DNA of 64,000 nt from an uncultured Alphaproteobacteria bacterium (lineage in GTDB: Bacteria; Pseudomonadota; Alphaproteobacteria; Rhizobiales; Kaistiaceae): the NCBI GenBank assembly GCA_963750065.1, contig CAVVPK010000048.1:57860-121859 (forward strand). The letters are read 5' to 3'. The position numbers and the translations under genes are program-made. This document shows, piece after piece, positions 36,719 through 45,492 of the stretch. Numbering within the stretch: position 1 is the first letter of the stretch; each line of letters opens with the position of its first letter. The notes under the pieces were generated by a model, which saw nothing but the letters and a program-made list of their open reading frames with translations, did no database searches and had not been told where the DNA came from.

Positions 36719-38251
36719 CTAAGCTCCTTCCAGGGCGTGGACGGTCACGCGCTCGCGCAGCCACGCCGCCACGCGCGCCTGTTGTGGATCGTCCATGCAA
36801 AGACCAAGTTTGGTTCGCCGCCACAGGACATCCTCGGCGGTCATTGCCCATTCCTTCTCGACCAAGTGGTCAATCTCGGCCTCGTAGAGGTCGTGGCCAA
36901 GACATTCACCGAGATCGTCGCAGGAAGTCGCCTCACCGAGGATGGCGTATGCCGTCCGCCCGTAGAGACGGAAGAGCCGTTCGGCATGGCGGCTCTTGAG
37001 AAACGGATAGTCCCGCATCAGCTGTTGCACGCCCGAGCTGAAGCCCCTCACCGGAAACTCCCCACCCGGAAGCGGCATCGACGCCGTCCATGGAGTTCCC
37101 TTGACCCCAATCAGGCGGCCAATCTCCTCCAAAACGTGCTCCGCAAGCCGCCGATAGGTCGTCAGCTTGCCGCCGAAAACGTTGACCAGCGGCGCCTCGC
37201 CCTCGCCACCGTCCGATTTCAGAACGTAGTCCCGCGTCGCCGCCTGCGCCTTCGAGGCGTGGTCGTCGAACAGCGGTCGCACCCCCGCAAAGCTCGCTAC
37301 CACGTCCTCGCGACGCACCGGCTCGGCGAAGTACTCGCTCGCCGCCGCACACAGATAGTCAATCTCGTCATCGGCGATGGCGACCTCCGAGGGGTCGCCG
37401 GCATAGTCGCGATCGGTCGTGCCGATCAGCGTAAAGTCCGCCTCATAGGGAATGGCGAAGATGACCCGCCCATCGCTGTTCTGGAAGAAGTAGGCACGCG
37501 GATCGGCGAACTTGCTCTTCACGATGATGTGGCTGCCCTCAACCAGCCGCACGTTGTGCGCCTGGTTGCGCCCGAGAACGTCGCGCAGAACCTCGTCCAC
37601 CCACGGACCGCCAGCATTGACCAGGAGCCGAGCCTGGACCACCGTCTCGATCGGCGTGCCGTCCGGCGAGGTGCCGGCAAGCGTTATCTTCCACAGCCCG
37701 TCGCAGCGCTCCGCCTTGTTCACCCGCGTGCGCGTATAGATGCTGGCGCCGCGATCGGCCGCGTCGCGCGCGTTGAGCACCACAAGGCGGGCGTCGTCCA
37801 CCCAGCAGTCGGAGAATTCGAACGCCCGCGAGAAGATCGGCTTCAGCGGCTTGCCGGCAGGATCGCTGCGCAGGTCGAGCGTCTTGCGCGGCGGCAGCAG
37901 ACTGCGCCCGCCGATGTGGTCGTAGAGGAATAGGCCGAGACGCAGCAGCCATGCCGGGCGCAGCCCGCCCACATATGGAAGGATCAGACGCAGCGGCCAG
38001 ATGATGTGCGGCGCCAAGCGCCACAGGATCTCGCGCTCCTTCAGCGCCTCCCGCACCAGGCGGAAGTCGTAGTACTCGAGGTAGCGCAGCCCGCCATGGA
38101 TGAGCTTCGTCGCCTTCGACGACGTGCCGCTGGCGAGGTCCCTCATTTCGGCAAGCAAAACCGAGTAGCCGCGTCCCGCCGCATCCCGCGCGATGCCGCA
38201 CCCGTTTATGCCGCCACCTATGACGAAAACGTCATACGCCGGCCGCGCCAT
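36719..38251 (-). CDS. glpD: FAD-dependent aerobic glycerol-3-phosphate dehydrogenase
   Basis: 510 aa. The N-terminus YDVFVIGGGINGCGIARDAAGRGYSVLLAEMRDLASGTSSKATKLIHGGLRYLEYYDF is diagnostic of GlpD. GGAGGA RBS. Confidence 0.93.
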   Translation of the reverse strand: MARPAYDVFVIGGGINGCGIARDAAGRGYSVLLAEMRDLASGTSSKATKLIHGGLRYLEYYDFRLVREALKEREILWRLAPHIIWPLRLILPYVGGLRPAWLLRLGLFLYDHIGGRSLLPPRKTLDLRSDPAGKPLKPIFSRAFEFSDCWVDDARLVVLNARDAADRGASIYTRTRVNKAERCDGLWKITLAGTSPDGTPIETVVQARLLVNAGGPWVDEVLRDVLGRNQAHNVRLVEGSHIIVKSKFADPRAYFFQNSDGRVIFAIPYEADFTLIGTTDRDYAGDPSEVAIADDEIDYLCAAASEYFAEPVRREDVVASFAGVRPLFDDHASKAQAATRDYVLKSDGGEGEAPLVNVFGGKLTTYRRLAEHVLEEIGRLIGVKGTPWTASMPLPGGEFPVRGFSSGVQQLMRDYPFLKSRHAERLFRLYGRTAYAILGEATSCDDLGECLGHDLYEAEIDHLVEKEWAMTAEDVLWRRTKLGLCMDDPQQARVAAWLRERVTVHALEGA

Positions 38252-38269
38252 TAAATTCCTCCCATTGGC

Positions 38270-38352
38270 TTTCGAATTCGCCGCGTTTGGCAGCTGATCC
38301 GAAAACCAACAGAAGATTTGGCGAAATCATCGCGAATGTCAAACGAAATTAA
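38270..38352 (-). promoter_or_regulatory. glpD promoter region with repeated TTTCG/CGAAA boxes (candidate GlpR operators)
   Basis: On the minus strand a perfect -35 TTGACA (38337-38342) is embedded in AATTTCGTTTGACATTCGCGATGATTTCGCC. CGAAA is found at 38300, 38322 and 38344, and TTTCGAATTCG at 38270-38280. Confidence 0.5.
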
Positions 38353-38558
38353 CAACCAGTGATCACGCAAGGCCTCCCGCAACTCGTCCGAAGCGAGGCA
38401 GATAACACCGCCGGGGCCGCAATTGTGCTAACACAAGGTCCCTAAGGCTCAGAAAACACAATGAACAGCGCGTTTCCTCTCCTCGAATCGTCGCACGCCT
38501 GGTTCCGACCTTCCGCCAGGCTCCGGCGACGATGCCGTAGGCCGCCTTCTCGTCCCTA

Positions 38559-38584
38559 CCTGCGGGGCTGACCTGCAGGGCTGA
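38559..38584 (+). repeat. tandem 13-bp direct repeat
   Basis: CCTGCGGGGCTGA (38559-38571) is immediately followed by CCTGCAGGGCTGA (38572-38584), a 12/13 match. It abuts the AT-rich TTTCG array. Confidence 0.7.
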
Positions 38585-38586
38585 TA

Positions 38587-38696
38587 TTTTCGTTGTCGTT
38601 TTCGTAAGTTCTAATATTGTTTTCGGACTGCTTGAAAAATGATAATCTCGATACTAAAATCGAAAGCAGGCCTCGTGCCAAAGTGGCTTCGTTTCG
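38587..38696 (+). promoter_or_regulatory. promoter/operator region of the GlpA-like operon with a TTTCG repeat array
   Basis: TTTCG is found at 38588, 38600, 38621 and 38692, CGAAA at 38661, and TTCG at 38688. A candidate sigma-70 promoter is CTTGAA (38631-38636), N17, CTAAAA (38654-38659). Confidence 0.45.
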
Positions 38697-38744
38697 CTGC
38701 AGGTTGCGGCTGGCATCGATGGTCAGAACAAAAAGGGAACCGGC

Positions 38745-40250
38745 ATGCCTGAGCGCGTCGCCGTGGCTCGACTTCCAAAAGAAGCGAATGTTGTGGTGAT
38801 TGGCGGCGGCGTCGTCGGGTGCGCAATCGCGCGCGAATTGTCCCGCTATTCCCTGGCCGTCGTTTTGCTCGAACGCGCCCCCGACGTCGCGATGGGCACC
38901 TCGAAAGCCAACAGCGGGATTCTGCATGCCGGGTTCGACGCTGAGCCGGGCACCTGGAAAGCGCGCTTGAACGTGCGCGGAGCGCGCCTCTATCAGGCGA
39001 TCAGCGAGGACCTCGGAATCCCGCGGCGCAGGGTTGGATCCTTGGTCGTCGCGCTCGACGAAGCCCAGCGCGGCGCCCTTGAGGAGCTTCGCCGCCGTGG
39101 CGTCGAAAATGGATTGACCGGCCTTGCCTTGTGGGGCCGTGACGAGGTGCTTGCGCATGAGCCCAATCTGTCGCCGGACGTTGCAGGCGCATTGTGGGCA
39201 CCGACGGCCGCTATCGCCTGCCCATTTTCGGCGACGATTGCGTTCGCCGAAAACGCCATCCTCAACGGTGCTCGCATCGTCACCGGGTGCGCGGTCACCG
39301 GCATCGAAGTGGTCGACAACAGGACCACGGCCGTTGAAACCACGCTTGGCCGCATCGCGACGGATTTCGTCGTCAACGCCGCCGGGGTCCATTCGGGCGA
39401 GGTCGCGTGGATGGCCGGCGACGAAAGCTTCACCATCACGCCCAGACGTGGAGAATATGTGCTGTTCGACCACTCTGTCAGCGACCTGGTGCGCTCGGTC
39501 ATCTTCCCGACCCCGACCAAGCTGTCCAAGGGCATCCTCGTGTCGCCGACCGTTCACGGCAATGTCTTCATCGGCCCGAACGCGAGCGATGTCGACGACT
39601 TGGAGGATCACGAGACCACCCTTCGCGGATTCGCCGAGATCATTTCGGGCGCTCAGCGCATGGTGCCGAAACTGCCGCTGGCCAACGCCATCACCGAATT
39701 CGCAGGCGTCCGGGCCGTCGCCGGCAAAGACTTCATCATCGGCCCTTCTCCGGTCGTCCGCGGGCTGGTGCACGCCGCGGGCATCCAGTCGCCGGGCCTG
39801 ACCGCCGCCCCCGCCATTGCCGAAACGGTTGTCGAGTTTCTCGGCGAATCAGGTTTGAAACTTTCGCCGAACGCAGCGTTCATGCCGATCAATCCGGTGC
39901 GGCCGAAATTCGTCGACTCGAGCGCGAGCGAACGGGCGAAGCTGATTGAGACGAACCCTCTCTATGGCCGGATCGTCTGCCGCTGCGAGTTGATCACCGA
40001 AGGCGAAATCGTGGCGGCGATCCGTGCCCCGTGCGGCGCCAGGACGATGGACGGCGTCAAGCGGCGCGTGCGCGCAGGCATGGGCAGGTGCCAGGGCGGG
40101 TTCTGCGGACCTCGGGTAACTGCCATCCTGGCGCGCGAACTGGGAATACCGGTGACGGCCGTGCGCAAGGACAGCGCCGACTCGTGGCTCTATCTGCCGC
40201 GCGATCTGCCGCCCGCCGAACCGGAGAGCGCGGAGCAGAGCTATGCATGA
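38745..40250 (+). CDS. FAD-dependent oxidoreductase, GlpA-like glycerol-3-phosphate dehydrogenase with a C-terminal BFD-like [2Fe-2S] domain
   Basis: 501 aa. Dinucleotide fold VVVIGGGVVGCAIARELS...SKANSGILHAGF. C-terminal CRCELITEGEIVAAIRAP...MGRCQGGFC. Confidence 0.85.
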   Translation: MPERVAVARLPKEANVVVIGGGVVGCAIARELSRYSLAVVLLERAPDVAMGTSKANSGILHAGFDAEPGTWKARLNVRGARLYQAISEDLGIPRRRVGSLVVALDEAQRGALEELRRRGVENGLTGLALWGRDEVLAHEPNLSPDVAGALWAPTAAIACPFSATIAFAENAILNGARIVTGCAVTGIEVVDNRTTAVETTLGRIATDFVVNAAGVHSGEVAWMAGDESFTITPRRGEYVLFDHSVSDLVRSVIFPTPTKLSKGILVSPTVHGNVFIGPNASDVDDLEDHETTLRGFAEIISGAQRMVPKLPLANAITEFAGVRAVAGKDFIIGPSPVVRGLVHAAGIQSPGLTAAPAIAETVVEFLGESGLKLSPNAAFMPINPVRPKFVDSSASERAKLIETNPLYGRIVCRCELITEGEIVAAIRAPCGARTMDGVKRRVRAGMGRCQGGFCGPRVTAILARELGIPVTAVRKDSADSWLYLPRDLPPAEPESAEQSYA

Positions 40251-41550
40251 GTTCCGCTATGACGTTGTGGCGATCGGCGGCGGTCCGGCCGGCATGGCGG
40301 CCGCAATTGCCGCCAAAGAGGCGGGCGCCAGGCATGTGCTGATCATCGAGCGCGACCGTGAGCTCGGTGGCATCCTGCAGCAATGCATTCACAACGGCTT
40401 CGGCCTGCATCGGTTCGACAAAGAGCTGACCGGGCCGGGTTATGCACATCGCTACGTCGAACTGGTGAGGGCGGCGGGCATCGATGTATGGCTCGACACT
40501 ACGGTGCTCTCCGCCGACCCCGGAGGCATCATAACAAGCGTCAATCCCGAGAACGGGCTGCGCGTCGTTACCTGTGCTTCGGTGGTCTATGCCATGGGCT
40601 GCCGAGAGCGGACGCGCGGTGCCATACGCATTCCGGGCAGCCGACCGGCGGGTGTGTTCACGGCCGGCGCCGCGCAACGCATGGTCAACATGGAAGGCTA
40701 TCTTCCGGGCCGCAACGTGGTGGTCGTCGGTTCCGGCGACATCGGTCTGATCATGGCGCGCCGCATGACGCTGGAAGGCGCCACGGTGAAGGGCGTGTTC
40801 GAAATCATGCCGTACTCGAACGGGCTCAATCGCAACATCGTGCAGTGTCTCGAGGATTTCGGGATTCCGCTTCATCTCAGCCACAGCGTCGTCGCCGTGC
40901 ACGGCGAGGATCGCGTGACCGGGGTCACCGTCGCGCGCGTCGACGAGAAAATGAATCCGGTCCCTGGCACGGAATTCGATGTGGATTGCGACTGCGTGCT
41001 CCTGTCGGTGGGGTTGATCCCCGAAAACGAGCTCGGTCGCGCGCACGCATTGGAAATCGACCCTGTGACGGGCGGCGCCGTCGTCGATCAATTCCGGCGA
41101 ACGAACCTTGCCGGCTACTTTGCGGCCGGCAACGTGTTGCAGGTGCATGATCTCGTTGACTGGGTGTCGCAGGAAGCCGAGATCGCCGGGCATTCGGCAG
41201 CATTGTATGCCCTCGGAAAACTGCCCGAGGTCGACGACTATCGACTCGTCACCCCAGGCGACGGCATCCGGTACGTCGTGCCCCAGAGATTGTCGCCGCC
41301 GGCCGACGAATATTCCGTGCGCTTCTATATGCGTGCGTTGCTGCCCCTGGGCGCATCCGTGTTGCGCCTTCACGCGGACGATCGCGTCGTCTGGGAGCGC
41401 GACTGCGAGGTCGTCAAACCGAGCGAGATGATTGTCGCCGACATCGCGTGGGAGAAGATCGGTTCGGCCCGAGAGATCAAGTTCACAGTGGCGCCCGAGC
41501 AGGAAGAACACGGGCACACGGACGAACTGGCCGCAGAGGGAACGGCATGA
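40243..41550 (+). CDS. NAD(P)/FAD-dependent (pyridine nucleotide-disulfide type) oxidoreductase
   Basis: 435 aa. Two Rossmann motifs (DVVAIGGGPAGMAAAIAAKEAG and VVVVGSGDIGLIMARRM). It overlaps the previous gene by 8 nt. Confidence 0.85.
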   Translation: MHEFRYDVVAIGGGPAGMAAAIAAKEAGARHVLIIERDRELGGILQQCIHNGFGLHRFDKELTGPGYAHRYVELVRAAGIDVWLDTTVLSADPGGIITSVNPENGLRVVTCASVVYAMGCRERTRGAIRIPGSRPAGVFTAGAAQRMVNMEGYLPGRNVVVVGSGDIGLIMARRMTLEGATVKGVFEIMPYSNGLNRNIVQCLEDFGIPLHLSHSVVAVHGEDRVTGVTVARVDEKMNPVPGTEFDVDCDCVLLSVGLIPENELGRAHALEIDPVTGGAVVDQFRRTNLAGYFAAGNVLQVHDLVDWVSQEAEIAGHSAALYALGKLPEVDDYRLVTPGDGIRYVVPQRLSPPADEYSVRFYMRALLPLGASVLRLHADDRVVWERDCEVVKPSEMIVADIAWEKIGSAREIKFTVAPEQEEHGHTDELAAEGTA

Positions 41551-42587
41551 CGCGGCGTGCGCAATCGGTTCTTTGTATCGGTTGCCCTACCGGCTGCAGC
41601 GGCGAGGTCGTTATTGAGGACGGCGTCGTTGTCGAGATGCACGGATACACCTGCAAAAGAGGCAGGGCCTATGTTGCGGAAGAGGTCATAGCGCCGAGGC
41701 GCATGGTAACGACGACCGTACGCGTCAACGGCGGTGCGTTGGCCTTGCTGCCGGTCGTTTCCGATCGGGCCGTTCCAAAAGAATCGATCTTTGCTTGTCT
41801 TGGGCAGCTCAGGAAGGTGACCGTGACCGCGCCCGTTGCGGCCGACAGCGTGGTTCTGGCCGACGTTCTTGGTCTCGGCGTCAACTTCGTGGCGGCCCGC
41901 GACTGCCAGGCCTTCGGCAGTCCCGCGTGGATCGAGGGCAGCCCGGACGGCGCGCCTGCGCCGCGGAGCGATCCGGAGGAGCTTGAGGCCTCGGAGGCCC
42001 TCGAGGTCTTCAACAGGCAGTTCGACCTGTTGCGCAAGCGGCTTCTCAACGATCCCAAGTCGCTGCGTCAGGTGTTCATCGACGATGGCACCCACGCCAT
42101 CATCTGGGAGTTCAAGCAGGACCATCTCGGCGCCGAGTTCACCAGGACACTATGGAACCTGCTGCTGCGCGACGACGACATGTCGCTGATCCTGCAGCGT
42201 TTCATCTGGGCGCTGCCGCTCAAGCTCAAATGCAAGTTCATCGCCGCGCTCGATGCCCATCTCTCCGGCCGCTACCCCATGTTCGAGGGTCGGTCGAAGG
42301 ACTGGCCGGCGGAGAGCTTCGTACCGGCTTACTTGCACCCGGCCGACGTGCGCTCGCACGACTTCGACTTGGTCACCATGGGCCATATCGGCTACCGGAC
42401 GCTGGGCTACAGCCCGCGCGAGGTCGATCTGTTCGCGTGGCTCGAAGGGCTGCGCAAGAAGCGGCGTGACGACGGTCCCTCGGAGGTCGGCGCGGCTTCT
42501 CCAGGGCAGGAAAACGCCCAGGGGCGGCTGCCGGGTGATGACCCACATCCCGGACATGCTGAACCTGCCAGGACAGGGCAAGCCTAA
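41547..42587 (+). CDS. DUF1667-domain protein carrying a ~225-aa C-terminal extension of unknown family (possibly a fusion or read-through product)
   Basis: ATG 41547 (ATGA overlap). Residues 1-120 are DUF1667-like (SVLCIGCPTGCSGEV...GYTCKRGRAYVAEEV...VNFVAARD). Residues 121-155 are a P/A/E-rich linker. Residues ~155-310 show strong GC3 bias but no family I can name. The last ~35 aa look non-native. Confidence 0.6.
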   Translation: MTRRAQSVLCIGCPTGCSGEVVIEDGVVVEMHGYTCKRGRAYVAEEVIAPRRMVTTTVRVNGGALALLPVVSDRAVPKESIFACLGQLRKVTVTAPVAADSVVLADVLGLGVNFVAARDCQAFGSPAWIEGSPDGAPAPRSDPEELEASEALEVFNRQFDLLRKRLLNDPKSLRQVFIDDGTHAIIWEFKQDHLGAEFTRTLWNLLLRDDDMSLILQRFIWALPLKLKCKFIAALDAHLSGRYPMFEGRSKDWPAESFVPAYLHPADVRSHDFDLVTMGHIGYRTLGYSPREVDLFAWLEGLRKKRRDDGPSEVGAASPGQENAQGRLPGDDPHPGHAEPARTGQA

Positions 42588-42775
42588 AGAGGCCCTCAGG
42601 CTCTTCGAGAGCTGCAAGCCGCTGCCCAACGTCACCGGGCGCGTGTGCCCGCAGGATCTGCAGTGCCCAAGGCGCCGCCGCCTATGGTGAAGGACAAGTG
42701 GTCATCATCATCGTCATCGGCGCCGGCAACACGGCGATGGATGCGGCGCGCACCTCGCTGCGTCTGGGCGGCGAC
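42536..42775 (+). pseudogene. fragments of a GltD-like (glutamate synthase small-subunit family) NADPH oxidoreductase gene
   Basis: Frame 1: GCRVMTHIPDMLNLPGQGKPKEALRLFESCKPLPNVTGRVCPQDLQC (GRVCPQD at 42637-42657), then a stop at 42688-42690. Frame 2: [25 protein letters not shown] (42698-42769). The ~250 codons normally found between these motifs are missing. Confidence 0.7.
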
Positions 42776-42776
42776 T

Positions 42777-42893
42777 TCCGCGCGCGTTGGCATCCCAATA
42801 AGGTGCACCCAGCCCGACGAACGCCGGCATTATGTAGACCCCGCCGTTACCCGGGATTCGGGTCGCCATGAGGTCACCGAAGGTCTCAGTTTC
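42777..42893 (-). pseudogene. glpK: internal fragment of glycerol kinase
   Basis: The minus-strand translation ...[40 protein letters not shown] matches the conserved GlpK segment ([20 protein letters not shown]). No N- or C-terminal GlpK sequence flanks it. Confidence 0.7.
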
Positions 42894-43590
42894 CGCGTGC
42901 GACGAAAGCGATTGCACGCAGTGGCGAGCCCGACCCTCCTTCGATCGGCAGTGGCAAGGTCGCCAAATAGCAGATGGCCGGCATGGTGCTCAACTTGTCG
43001 AAGTTTTCGCCGATGAGGATGTCGGCGCCGAGCAGCGTGCGATGCGCGGGAAACTCCGTGCTGCTGAAACAATCGATCGACATGCAATCGGTGGCGACCA
43101 GTCGCACCTTACGCTCGACCAAGAGTTCGGATGCCTCGCGCGACAGACCCGGCCAATCGCGGAAGAAGCGCTCCGCCTCGCGCGGGTGATCCCAGAACTT
43201 CTCCCAGCCGAAATGAAACATAACCGCGTCGTCGGGCGCGGCCCGGCCGTTATGCCGTTCGAACACCTCGATGGGCTCGGTACCCACCAGGCTGTCCGGC
43301 TCGACGTCGCTGACGTCGATGGTCAGCATGCGGCCGAAGAAACGTTCGAGTGGCACAGCGTCGATGGACCGACCGCCTGGCACGAAATGCATGGGTGCAT
43401 CGAAATGCGTGCCGCTGTGTTCGCTCAGTGAAAGGGAATGATTGCAGGCGATGTCGCCCTTGTCGAAAGATGCGATTGCATCCTGACAAAATGGCGGGTG
43501 CGTCGGCCATACCGGCATGCCGTTGCGCAATTTGCGGGTCAGGTCGACACGTTGGTACGAATCGTCCAGCCAAAGGGTCTGCAGGTTCAT
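42886..43590 (-). CDS. cyclase family protein (kynurenine-formamidase-like metal hydrolase)
   Basis: ATG 43590 ([10 protein letters not shown]...) lies 1 nt after the upstream permease stop. HxGTHxDxPxH motif ([13 protein letters not shown]). 234 aa. Confidence 0.85.
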   Translation of the reverse strand: MNLQTLWLDDSYQRVDLTRKLRNGMPVWPTHPPFCQDAIASFDKGDIACNHSLSLSEHSGTHFDAPMHFVPGGRSIDAVPLERFFGRMLTIDVSDVEPDSLVGTEPIEVFERHNGRAAPDDAVMFHFGWEKFWDHPREAERFFRDWPGLSREASELLVERKVRLVATDCMSIDCFSSTEFPAHRTLLGADILIGENFDKLSTMPAICYLATLPLPIEGGSGSPLRAIAFVARGN

Positions 43591-43591
43591 C

Positions 43592-44533
43592 TCAGGTCTC
43601 CCGTACACGAGGGACGATGGCCACGATGAGCGTGATGAGCAAACCCATCATTATGAACCGCACTCCGATCTGGATCTGGAAAGTGTTGAGCATCGTGGTC
43701 ATTAGGTTGAAGAACAGCGCCGATCCCCAGATGCCGATCGCGTTGGCCTGACCGCCAGCGACACTGGTGCCACCGAGAACCACTACTGCGATCGATTCCA
43801 TCAGGTAGGTGTCGCCCATGTTGAGCGCGGCGCCACCGGTAAAGCCGGAAAGCAGAAAGCCGGCGAGTGCGGCGGTCATCCCGCACAACACATAGGCCAA
43901 CAGCCGCACGCGCGTGACGCGTATCCCGGCAAAGCGCGCGGCAGGCTCGCTCTGGCCGGTCGCAAGGAGTTGGCGGCCCCATACTCCGCGGGCGAGCACA
44001 AACGCGGCGGCAGCGGTGAGCAGCATTACCGCAAGCGGCATGATCGGGACGCCGGCGAGGCGCACGGTCGTAAAGGTGGAGAGTACTTGCGGCGGCTTCA
44101 GTGTCGCCTCGCCGCCCAGATTGAAGGCAAATGACTGGAAGACGAAGCTCCAGGCCAGCGTCGCTATGATCGGGGGCAGCCTGAGCAGCAGGATCGCGAG
44201 GAAGTTCAGCGCTCCGGCGAGCGCACCGACAGCGAGGGCGGCAGCCAGACCGGGGACGAGCATGACGTCGTGGCCGTTCATCACCGCCATCGAGACGTAG
44301 GAGGCGAGAGTCAGGACCGCCGGTACGGAGAGATCGATGTTGCCGGCGCCCGAGGCGATCACGAACATCTGGCCCGTGCCAACCACGACGCTTATTGCGC
44401 CGAAGACGAGCGCCGTCGTCAGCGTGGCACCGGCACTGCCAAGTCCCGAATAGGCAGTGGTCGTCACCCACATGGCGGACGCGACGATGAAGCCGTAGGT
44501 CCATGGTGCGAGCGGGATGCGCAATCTCGTCAC
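43592..44533 (-). CDS. sugar ABC transporter permease (CUT2, RbsC-like)
   Basis: 313 aa, about 10 TM. Typical FVIASGAGNIDLSVPAVLTL segment. Confidence 0.88.
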   Translation of the reverse strand: MTRLRIPLAPWTYGFIVASAMWVTTTAYSGLGSAGATLTTALVFGAISVVVGTGQMFVIASGAGNIDLSVPAVLTLASYVSMAVMNGHDVMLVPGLAAALAVGALAGALNFLAILLLRLPPIIATLAWSFVFQSFAFNLGGEATLKPPQVLSTFTTVRLAGVPIMPLAVMLLTAAAAFVLARGVWGRQLLATGQSEPAARFAGIRVTRVRLLAYVLCGMTAALAGFLLSGFTGGAALNMGDTYLMESIAVVVLGGTSVAGGQANAIGIWGSALFFNLMTTMLNTFQIQIGVRFIMMGLLITLIVAIVPRVRET

Positions 44534-45492
44534 GACTTCTGTTCCGATAGGAGAACACGCCCGGCAAGCACGAGAAAGAGGATCACGCCCTGGGCGCCGA
44601 TCTGCCAGGTCGGCGGGACTTGCAGGAAACTGAGCAGCGATCCCGCGAGCGACAGCGTCAGTGCGCCAACGATCGTGCCGACCGGCGAGACGTCACCGCC
44701 CGTGAACGAACCTCCACCGAGAATAACGGCACCGATGCCGAGCAGCGTATAGGCCGGCGCAACGTTCGGGTCGCCCGAGGTAGTCAGGCCCGTCAGCGTT
44801 AGCCCGGCGCAGCACAGCAGGAGCGCCGCCGCTGTGTACGTGCCGATGCGGATCGCCCCCACCGACCATCCCGCGCGCTCGACCGCACGCGGATTGCCGC
44901 CTGCGGCTCTCAGGATCACGCCGAGGGAGGACCGCGTGATGACGAGGTGACCGGCAAGCGCCAGACCGATGGCGAACCATACCGGCAGGGGCAGCAGCGG
45001 CGGCCGCCAGCTCATAAAATCGATCAGCCATTGCGGTGCTTGTCCGCCCGGCGCCGGCAGGACGACGATCGCCAGCCCGAGCCACACGAACGACATGCCC
45101 AGCGTGACGATGATCGACGGCAGCTTCTGCCACTGAATGAGCGTGCCGAAAGCAGTGTAGGCCAGTACGACGCCGACGTATCCGACGATCGCGACAAGAG
45201 GCGCGGCCTGCAGATTGACGGCGGAGATGCAGGTCACAAGTCCGACCAGCGCGCCATTCGACAGGTCGATGTCGCCAAGCATGATGATGAGCATCTGGGC
45301 CAATGCCGCGAACAACAATGGCACCGCCAGCTTGAACAACAGCATTACGCCGAAATAGCTCATCGCCGTTGGCTGAATCCAGAATATGGTGGCGAGCATG
45401 CAGGCGAGGGCGATACCTGGCAGTGCCGTGCGCAGAGCCGTGCGAACGGAGTTTGCCCGGCGAACGCGCCTGTCCATCACGGCCTCAGCCAT
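44530..45492 (-). CDS. sugar ABC transporter permease (CUT2, RbsC-like)
   Basis: 320 aa. MLIIMLGDIDLSNGALVGL segment. 4-nt overlap with the next gene. Confidence 0.88.
   Translation of the reverse strand: MAEAVMDRRVRRANSVRTALRTALPGIALACMLATIFWIQPTAMSYFGVMLLFKLAVPLLFAALAQMLIIMLGDIDLSNGALVGLVTCISAVNLQAAPLVAIVGYVGVVLAYTAFGTLIQWQKLPSIIVTLGMSFVWLGLAIVVLPAPGGQAPQWLIDFMSWRPPLLPLPVWFAIGLALAGHLVITRSSLGVILRAAGGNPRAVERAGWSVGAIRIGTYTAAALLLCCAGLTLTGLTTSGDPNVAPAYTLLGIGAVILGGGSFTGGDVSPVGTIVGALTLSLAGSLLSFLQVPPTWQIGAQGVILFLVLAGRVLLSEQKS

Noticed and set aside
38556-39773. 405-aa minus-strand ORF overlapping the intergenic region and the GlpA-like gene
   Set aside because: It is antisense to a gene with a clear FAD-binding fold. 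Its 3' part crosses the AT-rich promoter region, where coding bias is absent.
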